From NCBI GenBank assembly GCA_963784295.1, contig CAWAQL010000016.1, positions 2,715 to 66,714 on the forward strand: a stretch of DNA of 64,000 nt, written 5' to 3'. Each line of letters begins with the position of its first letter. Position 1 is the stretch's first letter. This stretch comes from an uncultured beta proteobacterium (GTDB taxonomy: Bacteria > Pseudomonadota > Gammaproteobacteria > Burkholderiales > Burkholderiaceae_C). Positions 44,956 through 56,261 of this stretch are shown here, piece by piece. The translations under genes were made by a program, and so were the position numbers. The notes beneath the pieces were generated by a model, which was given only the letters and a program-made list of their open reading frames with translations, had not been told where the DNA came from and searched no databases.

Positions 44956-45381
44956 ATGGCACAGCCAACGAGGAAGCGGCCGGTCTACCGCAACATCAAC
45001 ATCTTCAAGGACGTGATCGGCTACCGGCTGCCGGTTGCAGGCATCGTGTCCATCCTGCACCGGATCAGTGGGTTGCTGATGTTCGTGCTGTTGCCGTTCG
45101 TCATCTGGATGTTCGATGCTTCGGTGACTTCCGAACTCTCATATGCCCACTTCACGAGCGTGTTCAATACCGGATTCGGCGGTTTCCTGCTGAAGCTGGT
45201 TGCATTGGCACTGCTGTGGGCGCTGTTGCACCACTTTTTCGCGGGCCTGCGCCACATCCGGATGGACGTGGTCCCGGCCGCGGCCGTGAAAGAGGACGGC
45301 AAGGTTACCGCGATTGCGACATTGGCATTGAGTCTGGGGCTGACGGTAATTCTTGGCGCCAAGCTGTTCGGGCTCTATTGA
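44956..45381 (+). CDS. sdhC: succinate dehydrogenase cytochrome b556 subunit
   Basis: RPVYRNINIFKDV...SILHRISG and HHFFAGLRHIRMD. Confidence 0.9.
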   Translation: MAQPTRKRPVYRNINIFKDVIGYRLPVAGIVSILHRISGLLMFVLLPFVIWMFDASVTSELSYAHFTSVFNTGFGGFLLKLVALALLWALLHHFFAGLRHIRMDVVPAAAVKEDGKVTAIATLALSLGLTVILGAKLFGLY

Positions 45382-45422
45382 TCGCCGCTTCGCCGCTGTC
45401 CAATAACAAGGGGAAATTCCAA

Positions 45423-45794
45423 ATGTCCACCGTCAACTATGGAACCGGCCGCACCGTCGTGGGCGCGCATTACGGCACGCGCGACTGGCTGGCCCAACGC
45501 GTGACTGGCGCCATCATGGCGCTGTTCACGGTTGTGGTCGTGCTGTCGTTGTTGTTCACGTCGGGGCCGATAGGCTATGGAGCGTGGGCCGGGCTGTTCG
45601 CGTCGCAATGGATGAAAGTGCTGACGTTTGCCGTGATCGTCTCGCTGCTCTGGCATGCCTGGGTGGGCGTGCGCGATGTGACGATGGATTACGTCACTTC
45701 GCCGGTCTGGTTGCGGCTGGTGCTGCAGATCTCGGCATTGGTCTGGCTGATCGGCTGCGTCGGTTGGGCCGTGCAAGTGCTTTGGCGAATCTGA
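45423..45794 (+). CDS. sdhD: succinate dehydrogenase hydrophobic membrane anchor subunit
   Basis: GAHYGTRDWLAQRVTGAIMA and HAWVGVRDVTMDY. 123 aa. Confidence 0.9.
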   Translation: MSTVNYGTGRTVVGAHYGTRDWLAQRVTGAIMALFTVVVVLSLLFTSGPIGYGAWAGLFASQWMKVLTFAVIVSLLWHAWVGVRDVTMDYVTSPVWLRLVLQISALVWLIGCVGWAVQVLWRI

Positions 45795-45866
45795 TCGGTC
45801 CATCCGGGAACCGTCCATACTGGCCGATTGCCCTTTTCCCACATTCAACAGAAAACAACTCCGCGC

Positions 45867-47675
45867 ATGACGTTTACCAAGCAGAACATTACCCGGCGCA
45901 AGTTCGACGTCGTGATCGTTGGTGCCGGTGGTTCCGGCATGCGGGCTTCGTTGCAGCTGGCGCGGGCCGGACTTAACGTGGCGGTGCTCTCCAAGGTATT
46001 CCCGACCCGATCCCATACAGTGGCCGCGCAAGGTGGCATCGGCGCGTCGCTCGGGAACATGTCGGAAGACAACTGGCACTATCACTTCTACGACACGATC
46101 AAGGGCTCCGACTGGCTCGGCGACCAGGATGCGATCGAGTTCATGTGTCGCGAAGCGCCGAAGGTGGTCTATGAGCTCGAGCATATGGGCATGCCATTCG
46201 ACCGCAACGCCGACGGCACGATCTACCAGCGTCCGTTCGGCGGGCACACCGCGAACTACGGCGAAAAACCGGTGCAGCGCGCTTGCGCCGCGGCCGACCG
46301 AACCGGCCACGCGATGCTGCACACGCTGTATCAGCAGAACGTGCAGGCGCGCACGAGCTTCTTCGTCGAATGGATGGCACTCGACTTGATCCGCGACGCC
46401 GATGGCGACGTGCTCGGTGTGACCGCGCTCGAGATGGAAACCGGCGACGTGCACATTCTCGAGGCCAAGACCACGCTGCTGGCCACCGGCGGGGCAGGTC
46501 GCATCTTTGCCGCATCAACCAACGCCTACATCAATACCGGTGACGGCATGGGCATGGCCGCGCGCGCGGGCATCGCGTTGCAGGACATGGAATTCTGGCA
46601 GTTCCACCCGACTGGCGTGGCCGGCGCCGGCGTGCTGCTGACCGAAGGTTGCCGCGGTGAAGGGGCGATTCTGCGCAACAGCAACGGCGAGCGCTTTATG
46701 GAGCGCTATGCGCCGACGTTGAAAGACCTGGCACCGCGGGATTTCGTTTCGCGCTCGATGGACCAGGAAATCAAGGAGGGCCGTGGTTGTGGACCAAACA
46801 AGGACCACATCCTGCTCGACATGACGCATCTGGGCGTGGCCGACATCATGAAACGACTGCCGAGCGTGTTCGAGATCGGGCACAACTTTGCCAACGTCGA
46901 CATCACGAAGGAGGCCATCCCCGTGGTGCCGACGATCCACTACCAGATGGGCGGCATCCCGACCAACATCCACGGGCAGGTTGTGGAGAAAACAGGCGAG
47001 GCAAACAGCGCGCCGATCAACGGCTTGTATGCGGTCGGCGAATGCTCATGCGTCAGCGTGCACGGCGCCAATCGGCTCGGCACCAATTCGCTGCTCGACC
47101 TGTTGGTGTTTGGTCGTGCGGCCGGCAATCACATCGTCGACTTCATCGCGACAGCGAAAGCGCACAAGGCGCTGCCGGCCGACGCCGGCGATGTGTCGCT
47201 GGCCCGTTTGAACCGCCTGCAGGAGTCGGATGCCGGCGAGTATTCGCAGGACGTTGCCAATGACCTGCGCGCGACCATGCAGCTGCACGCGGGCGTGTTC
47301 CGCACGCAAGCCAGCCTGGACGAAGGCGTGCACAAGGTGGAGACACTGCGCGAGCGTGTCGAGGCGATCGGTTTGAAGGACAAGTCACTGATCTTCAATA
47401 CGGCCCGCGTGGAAGCGCTGGAAGTGCAAAACCTGATCGAATGCGCGCAGGCCACGATCGTATCGGCCGCCGCGCGCACCGAATGCCGCGGCGCGCATAC
47501 CGTGAACGATTACGAACACGACGCCGACCACCCCACCGCGCCGCTCGGGCGCGACGACACCAACTGGCTCAAGCACACGCTTTGGTATAGCAAAGGCAGC
47601 CGGCTCGACTACAAACCCGTGCAGCTCAAACCGCTGACCGTCGACAGCGTGCCGCCGAAAGTCCGAACGTTCTGA
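45867..47675 (+). CDS. sdhA: succinate dehydrogenase flavoprotein subunit
   Basis: FDVVIVGAGGSGMRASL, the SHTVAAQGG FAD-attachment His, and HPTG...LTEGCRGEGA. Intact. Confidence 0.95.
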   Translation: MTFTKQNITRRKFDVVIVGAGGSGMRASLQLARAGLNVAVLSKVFPTRSHTVAAQGGIGASLGNMSEDNWHYHFYDTIKGSDWLGDQDAIEFMCREAPKVVYELEHMGMPFDRNADGTIYQRPFGGHTANYGEKPVQRACAAADRTGHAMLHTLYQQNVQARTSFFVEWMALDLIRDADGDVLGVTALEMETGDVHILEAKTTLLATGGAGRIFAASTNAYINTGDGMGMAARAGIALQDMEFWQFHPTGVAGAGVLLTEGCRGEGAILRNSNGERFMERYAPTLKDLAPRDFVSRSMDQEIKEGRGCGPNKDHILLDMTHLGVADIMKRLPSVFEIGHNFANVDITKEAIPVVPTIHYQMGGIPTNIHGQVVEKTGEANSAPINGLYAVGECSCVSVHGANRLGTNSLLDLLVFGRAAGNHIVDFIATAKAHKALPADAGDVSLARLNRLQESDAGEYSQDVANDLRATMQLHAGVFRTQASLDEGVHKVETLRERVEAIGLKDKSLIFNTARVEALEVQNLIECAQATIVSAAARTECRGAHTVNDYEHDADHPTAPLGRDDTNWLKHTLWYSKGSRLDYKPVQLKPLTVDSVPPKVRTF

Positions 47676-47718
47676 TCGCGCATCAGGCCTCGCATCAAGT
47701 CATTTCGAAGGACCACTT

Positions 47719-48423
47719 ATGGACAAGCGCAAATTTCAGATCTATCGCTACGACCCGGAAAAAGACAACAAGCCATACATGCAGACGATCGAGGTGGAGT
47801 TGGACGGTCACGAACGGATGTTGCTCGACGCGCTGATGAAATTGAAGGCGCAAGACCCAACGCTGTCGTTTCGGCGGTCCTGCCGCGAAGGCGTTTGCGG
47901 ATCGGACGCCATGAACATCAATGGCAAGAACGGCCTGGCCTGCCTGACCAACATGCGCACGCTGCCGGGTGCCATCGTGCTGAAGCCACTGCCCGGGCTG
48001 CCCGTGGTACGCGATCTGATCGTCGACATGACACAGTTTTTTAAGCAGTACGAGTCGATCAAGCCGTATCTGATCAACGACGACATTCCGCCGGAGCGTG
48101 AGCGGTTGCAAAGTCCGGAAGAGCGCGATGAATTGAACGGCCTCTACGAGTGCATCCTGTGTGCAAGCTGCTCGACCAGTTGTCCGAGCTTCTGGTGGAA
48201 TCCGGACAAATTCGTTGGTCCCGCCGGTCTGCTGCAGGCTTACCGGTTCATCGCCGACAGTCGCGATCAGGCGACCGCCGAGCGCCTCGACAATCTCGAA
48301 GACCCGTATCGGCTCTTCCGCTGCCGCAGCATCATGAACTGCGTTGATGTGTGTCCGAAAAATCTGAATCCGACCAAGGCCATCGGCAATATCCGAGAGA
48401 TGCTGGCGCTGCGTTCGATTTGA
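47719..48423 (+). CDS. sdhB: succinate dehydrogenase iron-sulfur subunit
   Basis: CREGVCGSDAMNINGKNGLAC, CILCASCSTSCP and CRSIMNCVDVCPK cysteine clusters. Confidence 0.95.
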   Translation: MDKRKFQIYRYDPEKDNKPYMQTIEVELDGHERMLLDALMKLKAQDPTLSFRRSCREGVCGSDAMNINGKNGLACLTNMRTLPGAIVLKPLPGLPVVRDLIVDMTQFFKQYESIKPYLINDDIPPERERLQSPEERDELNGLYECILCASCSTSCPSFWWNPDKFVGPAGLLQAYRFIADSRDQATAERLDNLEDPYRLFRCRSIMNCVDVCPKNLNPTKAIGNIREMLALRSI

Positions 48424-48475
48424 CCGGTGTAAAGCGGGCGATTTGGGTCGTTATCGCTGAATAGGGGATCCGTCG

Positions 48476-48757
48476 ATGGCAGTTTCCAGTGAATTCATCA
48501 ACGAGCGCGCGTTGAGCAAGTTGCGCTGGCGTTGCCGCCGCGGTCTGCTCGAAAACGACCTGTTCATCGAACGATTCTTCGCCAAGTACGAGCATCTGCT
48601 GACGCCTCGGCGCGCCGCGGCGCTGGGCCGTTTGATGGAGTTGGATGATCCCGAACTGCTCGACTTGTTGATGGCACGAAAATCGCTCCACGACATCGAC
48701 CCTGCGCTGGTGTCGGATGCAAACCAAGAACTATTGAATCTGTTGAAAGAACATTGA
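48476..48757 (+). CDS. sdhE: FAD assembly factor SdhE (DUF339/YgfY)
   Basis: The [13 protein letters not shown] motif (RGxxE). 93 aa, between sdhB and gltA. Confidence 0.85.
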   Translation: MAVSSEFINERALSKLRWRCRRGLLENDLFIERFFAKYEHLLTPRRAAALGRLMELDDPELLDLLMARKSLHDIDPALVSDANQELLNLLKEH

Positions 48758-48759
48758 CC

Positions 48760-50070
48760 ATGAAGTCAGCCGATTACAAAGCCACGCTGTCGTTCAGCAA
48801 CGGCAGCCCAAGCGTCGAGTTCCCGGTGTATCAGGGCACCGTGGGCCCGGACGTGCTTGACATCCGGAAACTCTATGGTCAAACCGGATTGTTTACGTTC
48901 GATCCAGGCTTCATGTCAACGGCAGCTTGCGAATCGGCGATCACTTACATCGACGGCGACAAAGGCGAACTGCTCTACCGCGGCTATCCGATCGAGGAAC
49001 TCGCAGTCAACTGCGACTACTTGCAGACCTGCCACTTGCTGCTGTACGGCGACTTGCCGAATCCAGCGCAGAAAGCGTCATTTGAGCAGCTCGTGACCAA
49101 CCACACGATGGTCAACGAGCAGATGCAGTTTTTCTTGCGCGGCTTTCGGCGCGACGCGCATCCGATGGCGATCATGACGGGCTTGGTCGGCGCGATGTCG
49201 GCGTTCTATCACGACAGCACCGACATCAAGGACCCGAAACACCGTGAGATCGCAGCGATCCGGCTGATCGCCAAGTTGCCGACCTTGGTGGCCATGGCAT
49301 ACAAGTACACCCAGGGCCAGCCCTACATGTACCCGCGCAATGCATTGTCCTATGCGGGCAACTTCCTGCACATGATGTTCGCGGTGCCGTGCGAAGAGTA
49401 CGTGGTGCGCCCCGTGCTGGAGAAGGCGATCGATCGCATATTCATCCTGCATGCGGACCACGAACAGAATGCATCAACCTCGACGGTGCGTCTGTGCGGC
49501 TCGTCCGGTACCAACCCGTTTGCGGCCATTGCAGCAGGCGTGGCGTGCTTGTGGGGTCCAGCACACGGCGGTGCCAATGAAGCGGCGCTGAGCATGCTCG
49601 GGGACATTCAGCGCGCGGGCGGCGTCGAAAAAATCGGTGAATTCATCAAGCAGGTCAAAGACAAGAATTCGAACGTTAAATTGATGGGCTTCGGCCACCG
49701 GGTGTACAAGAACTACGACCCGCGCGCCAAGTTGATGCAGGAAACCTGCAAAGAAGTGCTGGCCGAGATGGGGCTCGAAAACGATCCACTGTTCAAGCTC
49801 GCGATGGCGCTCGAGAAAATCGCGCTCGAAGACGAGTATTTCGTTTCCCGCAAGCTCTATCCAAACGTTGACTTTTATTCTGGCATCGTGCAGCGCGCGA
49901 TCGGCATCCCTGTACCGCTCTTCACCGCCGTGTTTGCGCTGGCCCGCACTGTGGGCTGGATCGCTCAGCTGAACGAGATGATCGGTGAGCCGGATTACAA
50001 GATCGGCCGCCCGCGTCAGCTGTACGTGGGCGCGGCACGCCGCGAAGTCAAACCCGTCGCGCAACGCTGA
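48760..50070 (+). CDS. gltA: citrate synthase (type II)
   Basis: [49 protein letters not shown] and [14 protein letters not shown]. Confidence 0.95.
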   Translation: MKSADYKATLSFSNGSPSVEFPVYQGTVGPDVLDIRKLYGQTGLFTFDPGFMSTAACESAITYIDGDKGELLYRGYPIEELAVNCDYLQTCHLLLYGDLPNPAQKASFEQLVTNHTMVNEQMQFFLRGFRRDAHPMAIMTGLVGAMSAFYHDSTDIKDPKHREIAAIRLIAKLPTLVAMAYKYTQGQPYMYPRNALSYAGNFLHMMFAVPCEEYVVRPVLEKAIDRIFILHADHEQNASTSTVRLCGSSGTNPFAAIAAGVACLWGPAHGGANEAALSMLGDIQRAGGVEKIGEFIKQVKDKNSNVKLMGFGHRVYKNYDPRAKLMQETCKEVLAEMGLENDPLFKLAMALEKIALEDEYFVSRKLYPNVDFYSGIVQRAIGIPVPLFTAVFALARTVGWIAQLNEMIGEPDYKIGRPRQLYVGAARREVKPVAQR

Positions 50071-50105
50071 CCCCCGCTTGCCCAAGCGCCGCAACCTGCC
50101 GGCGG

Positions 50106-51155
50106 ATGGCGGACGTAGGGTCGGGGATTACAGTTGACAGGATGACGACGATCTCCTCGCCTCCTGCCCATCTGTCCACCTGTCCGGACTCAATCGCACC
50201 GTTCGTGTCGAGTGCGTGCTATCCGGACGCTGCTATCCAGATCATCGATCCGGCGTTTGCCAGCTACCGGCTGTTCAGCAGCGCGGTCGAGCGCATCGTT
50301 TCTGGCCTGCGCTGGGCCGAAGGGCCGGTCTGGTTCGGCGACGGGCGCTACCTGCTGGTCAGCGATATTCCCAACAACCGGATCGTGCGTTGGGACGAGG
50401 CCAGCGGCCAATGCGCTGTGTTTCGCAGCCCATCGAATCACGCCAATGGCCTGGCGCGCGACCACCAGGGCCGGCTGCTGGCGTGCGAGCACCTGACGCG
50501 GTGCGTCACCCGCACCGAATACAACGGTCGCATCACGGTGCTGGCCGATCGCTTTGAAGGCCTGCGCCTCAATTCACCGAACGACCTCGCGTGCGACGCC
50601 AGCGGCTCCATCTGGTTCACCGATCCTCCTTTCGGAATTGGCGGTGACTACGAAGGCGAAGAAGCCGTATCCGAGCGGGTCGAGGCGGTCTATCGGATTG
50701 ACGGCAGCAGCGGCCAACTCGCCATGGTCTGTGACGATTTGTTGGGTCCCAACGGCCTGTGCTTTTCGCCGGATGGCCATGTGCTCTACATCGTCGAGAG
50801 CCGCGCGAAGCCCAGTCGTCTGATCTGGGCCTACGATGTGGCTTCAAACGGCCGGCTTTCGAACAAGCGCCTGCACATCGATGCCAACGGTCCTGGTGCG
50901 TTCGACGGCATTGCCTGCGACCGCGACGGCAATCTGTGGTGCGGCTTCGGGAGCAACGGCGCATCGGGCGTGGACCCGCAGGCGCTTGACGGGGTCATGG
51001 TCTACGACCGCGGCGGCAAATCGATCGGTCGCATCGTGCTGCCGGAGCGCTGTGCAAACTTGTGCTTCGGCGGCGCGCGTGGCAATCGACTCTTCATGGC
51101 AAGCAGCCAATCGGTCTACAGCCTGTTCGTGAACACGCGCGGTGCCGGGTATTGA
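50106..51155 (+). CDS. SMP-30/gluconolactonase/LRE family protein
   Basis: EGPVW, NRIVRWD, SNHANGLARDHQGRLLACEH, NSPNDL, PNGLCFSPDG and FDGIACDRDGNLW beta-propeller repeats. The start may be at 50142. Confidence 0.8.
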   Translation: MADVGSGITVDRMTTISSPPAHLSTCPDSIAPFVSSACYPDAAIQIIDPAFASYRLFSSAVERIVSGLRWAEGPVWFGDGRYLLVSDIPNNRIVRWDEASGQCAVFRSPSNHANGLARDHQGRLLACEHLTRCVTRTEYNGRITVLADRFEGLRLNSPNDLACDASGSIWFTDPPFGIGGDYEGEEAVSERVEAVYRIDGSSGQLAMVCDDLLGPNGLCFSPDGHVLYIVESRAKPSRLIWAYDVASNGRLSNKRLHIDANGPGAFDGIACDRDGNLWCGFGSNGASGVDPQALDGVMVYDRGGKSIGRIVLPERCANLCFGGARGNRLFMASSQSVYSLFVNTRGAGY

Positions 51156-51259
51156 GCGGTCGACGTCGAACATTCCCGATTGCAACCCACCCCGCAGCGC
51201 CGCGCGCGGCCTAAAATCACGGGTTTTCTGCGCTGTTGGTTACCAAGAAGGGCCGTATC

Positions 51260-52711
51260 ATGGCACGCACCCTGTACGACAAAATCTGGGACGAGCACGT
51301 CGTCCACACCGAAGACGACGGCACGTCGGTGCTCTACATCGACCGGCATCTCGTGCACGAAGTGACGAGCCCGCAGGCGTTCGAAGGCTTGCGCGAAGCC
51401 GGCCGCAAGGTCTGGCGCATCAGCTCGATCGTGGCCACCGCCGACCACAATACGCCCACCACCGGTTGGGAGCGCGGCTACGACGGCATCACCGATCCGA
51501 TCAGCAAGCAGCAGGTCACCACGCTCGATGAGAACATGGCCGAGTTCGGCTCAGCCGCCTATTTTCCGTTTCTGTCGCGCCGCCAGGGCATCGTGCACGT
51601 GATCGGTCCGGAGACCGGCGCGACGTTGCCCGGCATGACGGTGGTGTGCGGTGACTCGCACACCTCGACGCACGGCGCGTTCGGCGCGCTCGCGCACGGC
51701 ATCGGCACCAGCGAGGTCGAGCACGTGCTGGCCACGCAAACGCTGCTCACCAAGAAAGCGAAGAACCTGCTGATCAAGGTCGAAGGCACGCTGTTGCGCG
51801 GCTGCACCGCCAAAGACATCGTGCTGGCGATCATCGGCCGGATCGGCACCGCGGGGGGCACCGGCTGCACGATCGAATTTGCCGGCAGTGCGATCCGTGC
51901 GCTTTCGATGGAAGGCCGCATGACGGTCTGCAACATGGCGATCGAAGCCGGCGCGCGCGCCGGGCTGGTTGCCGTCGACGACAAGACAATCGCGTACCTC
52001 AAAGGCCGACCGATGGCGCCCGGCTACGACGCCAAGACCCGCAGCTTCGTGGGAGGCGTCGAATGGGACCAGGCGGTCGCGTACTGGAAGACTTTGCAGA
52101 CCGACCCGGGCGCCAAATTCGACCGTGTGGTCGAACTCGATGCGACGCGCATCGTGCCGCAGGTCACCTGGGGCACGTCGCCCGAGATGGTGCTGGGAGT
52201 GGATGCGCGCGTGCCCGATCCGGAAGACGAAAAAGATCCGAACAAGCGCGATGCGATCGAGCGCGCACTCAGCTACATGGCACTCACCCCCGGCAAGCTG
52301 CTCGCCGATGTGCACGTCGACAAGGTGTTCATCGGCTCGTGCACCAACTCACGCATCGAGGACATGCGCGAAGCGGCGGCGCTGGTCAAGAAGATCGGCC
52401 AGAAGGTGGCGCGCAACGTGAAGGTTGCAATGGTCGTGCCGGGCTCGGGGTTGGTCAAGGAACAGGCCGAGCGCGAAGGGCTCGACAAGATTTTCAAGGC
52501 GGCCGGTTTCGAATGGCGCGAGCCCGGTTGCTCGATGTGCCTGGCGATGAACAGCGACCGGCTTGAGCCTGGTGAGCGCTGTGCATCCACCAGCAACCGG
52601 AATTTCGAAGGCCGCCAGGGTGCCGGCGGCCGCACGCACCTGGTCTCCCCTGCCATGGCCGCTGCGGCGGCGGTTCATGGTCACTTCGTCGATGTCCGCA
52701 AACTGCTCTAA
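51260..52711 (+). CDS. leuC: 3-isopropylmalate dehydratase large subunit
   Basis: [41 protein letters not shown] and CSMCLAMN (aconitase-family Cys ligands). Confidence 0.95.
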   Translation: MARTLYDKIWDEHVVHTEDDGTSVLYIDRHLVHEVTSPQAFEGLREAGRKVWRISSIVATADHNTPTTGWERGYDGITDPISKQQVTTLDENMAEFGSAAYFPFLSRRQGIVHVIGPETGATLPGMTVVCGDSHTSTHGAFGALAHGIGTSEVEHVLATQTLLTKKAKNLLIKVEGTLLRGCTAKDIVLAIIGRIGTAGGTGCTIEFAGSAIRALSMEGRMTVCNMAIEAGARAGLVAVDDKTIAYLKGRPMAPGYDAKTRSFVGGVEWDQAVAYWKTLQTDPGAKFDRVVELDATRIVPQVTWGTSPEMVLGVDARVPDPEDEKDPNKRDAIERALSYMALTPGKLLADVHVDKVFIGSCTNSRIEDMREAAALVKKIGQKVARNVKVAMVVPGSGLVKEQAEREGLDKIFKAAGFEWREPGCSMCLAMNSDRLEPGERCASTSNRNFEGRQGAGGRTHLVSPAMAAAAAVHGHFVDVRKLL

Positions 52712-52732
52712 CGCAACTTCAAGAAAGAGGAA

Positions 52733-52879
52733 ATGCAAATGAAGAAAGTGACTGCCATCCTGATGCTCGCCGCGGGTTTTCTGCTGGTGGGTTGCAACAC
52801 CATGAGCGGCTTCGGCAAGGATGTGTCCAAGGCCGGCGACAAGATCGAAAACAAGGCGGACAAGGAAAAGAAATACTGA
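52733..52879 (+). CDS. entericidin EcnA/B-family small lipoprotein (absent from the supplied ORF track)
   Basis: AGAGGA RBS. MQMKKVTAILMLAAGFLLVGCNTMSGFGKDVSKAGDKIENKADKEKKY has lipobox LVGC followed by the G-x-G-K-D entericidin pattern. Confidence 0.75.
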   Translation: MQMKKVTAILMLAAGFLLVGCNTMSGFGKDVSKAGDKIENKADKEKKY

Positions 52880-52982
52880 CCGTCCGACCGATGCCGCAAG
52901 CGACGCGCCAGCACCCATGCAGGCGCCACTGCGAGCCTCTTTACTTTCCACTTGAGATACGCCGACCGGCAGCCCAATCGCC

Positions 52983-53633
52983 ATGCAGAAATTCACCGTA
53001 CATCAGGGGCTGGTCGCGCCGATGGACCGCGAGAACGTCGACACCGACGCGATCATTCCGAAGCAGTTTTTGAAGTCGATCAAGAAGACCGGCTTTGGTG
53101 GCAACCTGTTCGACGCCTGGCGCTATCTGGACCCGGGCGAGCCTGGGCAAGACATCGACAGCCGGCGTCCCAACCCGGACTTCGTATTGAACCAGCCGCG
53201 CTACGCGGGTGCATCGATCCTGCTGGCCCGCAAGAATTTCGGCTGTGGTTCCTCGCGCGAACATGCGCCCTGGGCGCTCGATCAATACGGCTTTCGCGCG
53301 ATCATCGCGCCGAGTTACGCCGACATCTTTTTCAACAACTGCTTCAAGAACGGCTTGTTGCCAATCGTGCTCAGCGAGTCGCAAGTCTCGAAGTTGTTCG
53401 ACGAGGTGTATGCATTCGCCGGCTACCAGCTCACGATCGATCTGGGCCGCCAGACGGTGATCCTTTCCGACGGCAAGGAAATCGCATTCGACCTCGAGCC
53501 GTTTCGAAAATACTGCCTGATCAACGGCTTCGACGACATCGGCCTGACGATGCGGCATGCGGACAAGATCAAGGCGTTCGAAGCGCAGCGACTGGCCAGC
53601 AAACCCTGGCTCGCGCACACGCTGACCACCTAG
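52983..53633 (+). CDS. leuD: 3-isopropylmalate dehydratase small subunit
   Basis: [31 protein letters not shown] and [15 protein letters not shown]. Confidence 0.95.
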   Translation: MQKFTVHQGLVAPMDRENVDTDAIIPKQFLKSIKKTGFGGNLFDAWRYLDPGEPGQDIDSRRPNPDFVLNQPRYAGASILLARKNFGCGSSREHAPWALDQYGFRAIIAPSYADIFFNNCFKNGLLPIVLSESQVSKLFDEVYAFAGYQLTIDLGRQTVILSDGKEIAFDLEPFRKYCLINGFDDIGLTMRHADKIKAFEAQRLASKPWLAHTLTT

Positions 53634-53789
53634 CGTTGCGACGACCACGCTTGGCCGATTGCGCCGGGTGGCCGTCCCGCAGCCGATGACCGGTGCGGCT
53701 GCAGGTGCAGCGTTGCCTCACGTCGCAAAAGTGCATTCGACACCATACGCAAGTGTCGTCCCTTCTTCTTTCAAACGCTTCAGTTCCTC

Positions 53790-54872
53790 ATGAAAATCGC
53801 AGTCCTCCCCGGCGACGGCATCGGCGTCGAAATCACGGCCGAGGCGGTCAAGGTGCTGCACGCACTTGAAATGCCGTTCGAGCTTGAGTCCGCGCCGGTC
53901 GGCGGTGCTGCCTACGACGCGCACGGCCACCCGCTGCCCGACGCGACGCTGAAGCTCGCGCTGCAGTCCGATGCCATCCTGTTCGGCGCCGTCGGCGACT
54001 GGAAATACGACAAGCTCGAACGTGCGCTGCGGCCCGAGCAGGCGATCCTTGGCTTGCGCAAGCACCTGGGCCTGTTTGCCAACTTTCGTCCGGCGATCTG
54101 CTACGAGCAGCTGGTGGGTGCATCGAGCCTGCGACCCGAGCTCATTTCCGGACTCGACATCCTGATCGTGCGCGAGCTGACCGGCGACATCTACTTCGGC
54201 CAGCCGCGCGGGCGCCGCACAGCAACCGACGGCCCGTTCGCCGGCAGCGAAGAGGCGTTCGACACGATGCGCTACACGCGGCCCGAGGTCGAACGCATCG
54301 CGCACGTTGCGTTCAAGGCCGCGCAGGCGCGCAGCCGGCGTGTGACCAGCGTCGACAAAGCCAATGTGCTGGAAACGTTCCAGTTCTGGAAGGATGTGGT
54401 CACGGAAGTCGGCACGCAGTACCCGGACGTCGCGCTCGACCACATGTACGTCGACAACGCCGCGATGCAGCTCGTGAAAGCGCCGAAGAAGTTCGACGTG
54501 ATCGTGACCGGCAACATGTTCGGCGACATCCTGTCCGACGAAGCGGCGATGCTGACCGGCTCGATCGGCATGCTTCCGTCGGCCAGCCTGAACGACAAGC
54601 GCCAGGGTCTGTACGAGCCGAGCCACGGCAGCGCGCCAGACATCGCGGGCCAGGGCATCGCCAACCCGTTGGCCACGATCCTGTCGGCGGCGATGATGCT
54701 GCGCTTTTCGCTAGCGCAACCGCATGCCGCCGACCGCATCGAAGCGGCGGTGCAGGCGGTGCTCGCGCAGGGCCTGCGCACCGCCGACATTCATTCGGAC
54801 CGCACCAGAAAAGTCGGCACCGTCGAAATGGGCGATGCGGTGGTGGCTGCGTTGCGGCGCGCCGCGGGCTGA
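53790..54872 (+). CDS. leuB: 3-isopropylmalate dehydrogenase
   Basis: [53 protein letters not shown] and [15 protein letters not shown]. Confidence 0.95.
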   Translation: MKIAVLPGDGIGVEITAEAVKVLHALEMPFELESAPVGGAAYDAHGHPLPDATLKLALQSDAILFGAVGDWKYDKLERALRPEQAILGLRKHLGLFANFRPAICYEQLVGASSLRPELISGLDILIVRELTGDIYFGQPRGRRTATDGPFAGSEEAFDTMRYTRPEVERIAHVAFKAAQARSRRVTSVDKANVLETFQFWKDVVTEVGTQYPDVALDHMYVDNAAMQLVKAPKKFDVIVTGNMFGDILSDEAAMLTGSIGMLPSASLNDKRQGLYEPSHGSAPDIAGQGIANPLATILSAAMMLRFSLAQPHAADRIEAAVQAVLAQGLRTADIHSDRTRKVGTVEMGDAVVAALRRAAG

Positions 54873-54906
54873 TGCCCGAAGACGAACAACGAAGGGAACA
54901 CAAACA

Positions 54907-56077
54907 ATGAACGCAACCACAACCGGCCGCCTGGTTGGCATCGTCGGCTGGCGCGGCATGGTCGGCTCGGTGCTGATGGACCGCATGCAGGGAAGGCGAC
55001 TTCGAGCTGATCGAGCCGATCTTTTTCTCGACCTCGAACGCAGGCGGCACCGCACCGGCTTGCGCGAAGAACGAAACCACACTGCGCGACGCGCACGACA
55101 TTGACGCGCTGAAGCGCTGCGACATGATCGTCACCACGCAAGGCGGCGACTACACGAGCGCGGTGTTCCCGAAGCTGCGCGCAGCCGGCTGGAAGGGCCA
55201 CTGGATCGATGCTGCGTCCACATTGCGCATGGAAAGCGATTCAGTGATCGTGCTGGATCCGGTCAACCTGCCGGTGATCGAGCATGCGCTGCAGCGCGGC
55301 GGCCGCAACTGGATCGGCGGCAACTGCACCGTGAGCTGCATGCTGATGGGCGTGGGTGCGCTGTTCAAGGCCGGCCTGGTCGAATGGATGAGCACCATGA
55401 CTTATCAGGCCGCATCCGGCGGCGGCGCCCAACACATGCGCGAGCTGATCGCGCAGATGGGCACCTTGCACGCCGAAGTGCGGGACCTGCTGGCCAACCC
55501 CCACGCGTCGATCCTCGAGATCGACCGCCTGCTGCTCGCGCGTCAGCGATCAATGTCGACGGCCGAGACGGCGAACTTCGGCGTGCCGTTGGCTGGCAGC
55601 CTGATCCCGTGGATCGACAAAGATCTGGGCCAGGGCAAGCAGCCCGGCGACGACGGCTGGGGCACCAGCAAAGAAGAGTGGAAAGGCGGCGCGGAAACCA
55701 ACAAGATCCTGGGCCAGGGCGCCGGCTTCGACAGCGCGGCGGTGCCGGTGGACGGATTTTGCGTGCGGGTCGGCGCGATGCGCTGCCACAGCCAGGCGCT
55801 GACGTTCAAGTTGAAGCAGGACGTGCCGCTGGCCGACATCGAAGCGCTGATCCGGGCGGACAACGACTGGGTCCGCGTGGTGCCCAACACCCGCGAGGCC
55901 ACCGTGCACTCGCTCACGCCGGTGGCCGTCACCGGCACGCTCGACATCCCCGTTGGCCGACTGCGCAAGCTGGCGATGGGGCCCGGATATCTGGGCGCGT
56001 TCACGATCGGTGACCAGTTGCTCTGGGGTGCGGCCGAGCCACTGCGTCGCATGCTGCGGCTGTTGTTGACGCGCTGA
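54907..56077 (+). CDS. asd: aspartate-semialdehyde dehydrogenase, carrying a +1 frameshift near 54990
   Basis: [18 protein letters not shown] is in one frame. [18 protein letters not shown]...TTQGGDYT...[11 protein letters not shown] (active-site Cys)...HSQAL is in the next frame. The sequence atgcagGGAagg reads as MQEGDF once one g is removed. Confidence 0.9.
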
Positions 56078-56261
56078 CCAACGCCGGAGGCGGGGCGCAG
56101 GCAGCAGGCGCACGCCGTCTGCCCGGTGTTCGGTGCCGCGCGACCGGCCCGGCCGTGAGCAAATTCTCGATCCCGTGCGCCACCGCTGCGGCGCAACTGG
56201 CGGGCGCCGCACCTTGCTGCCAACTTCTGAGCTAGATTTTTTTGCAAAGCGGGATCAGCAC

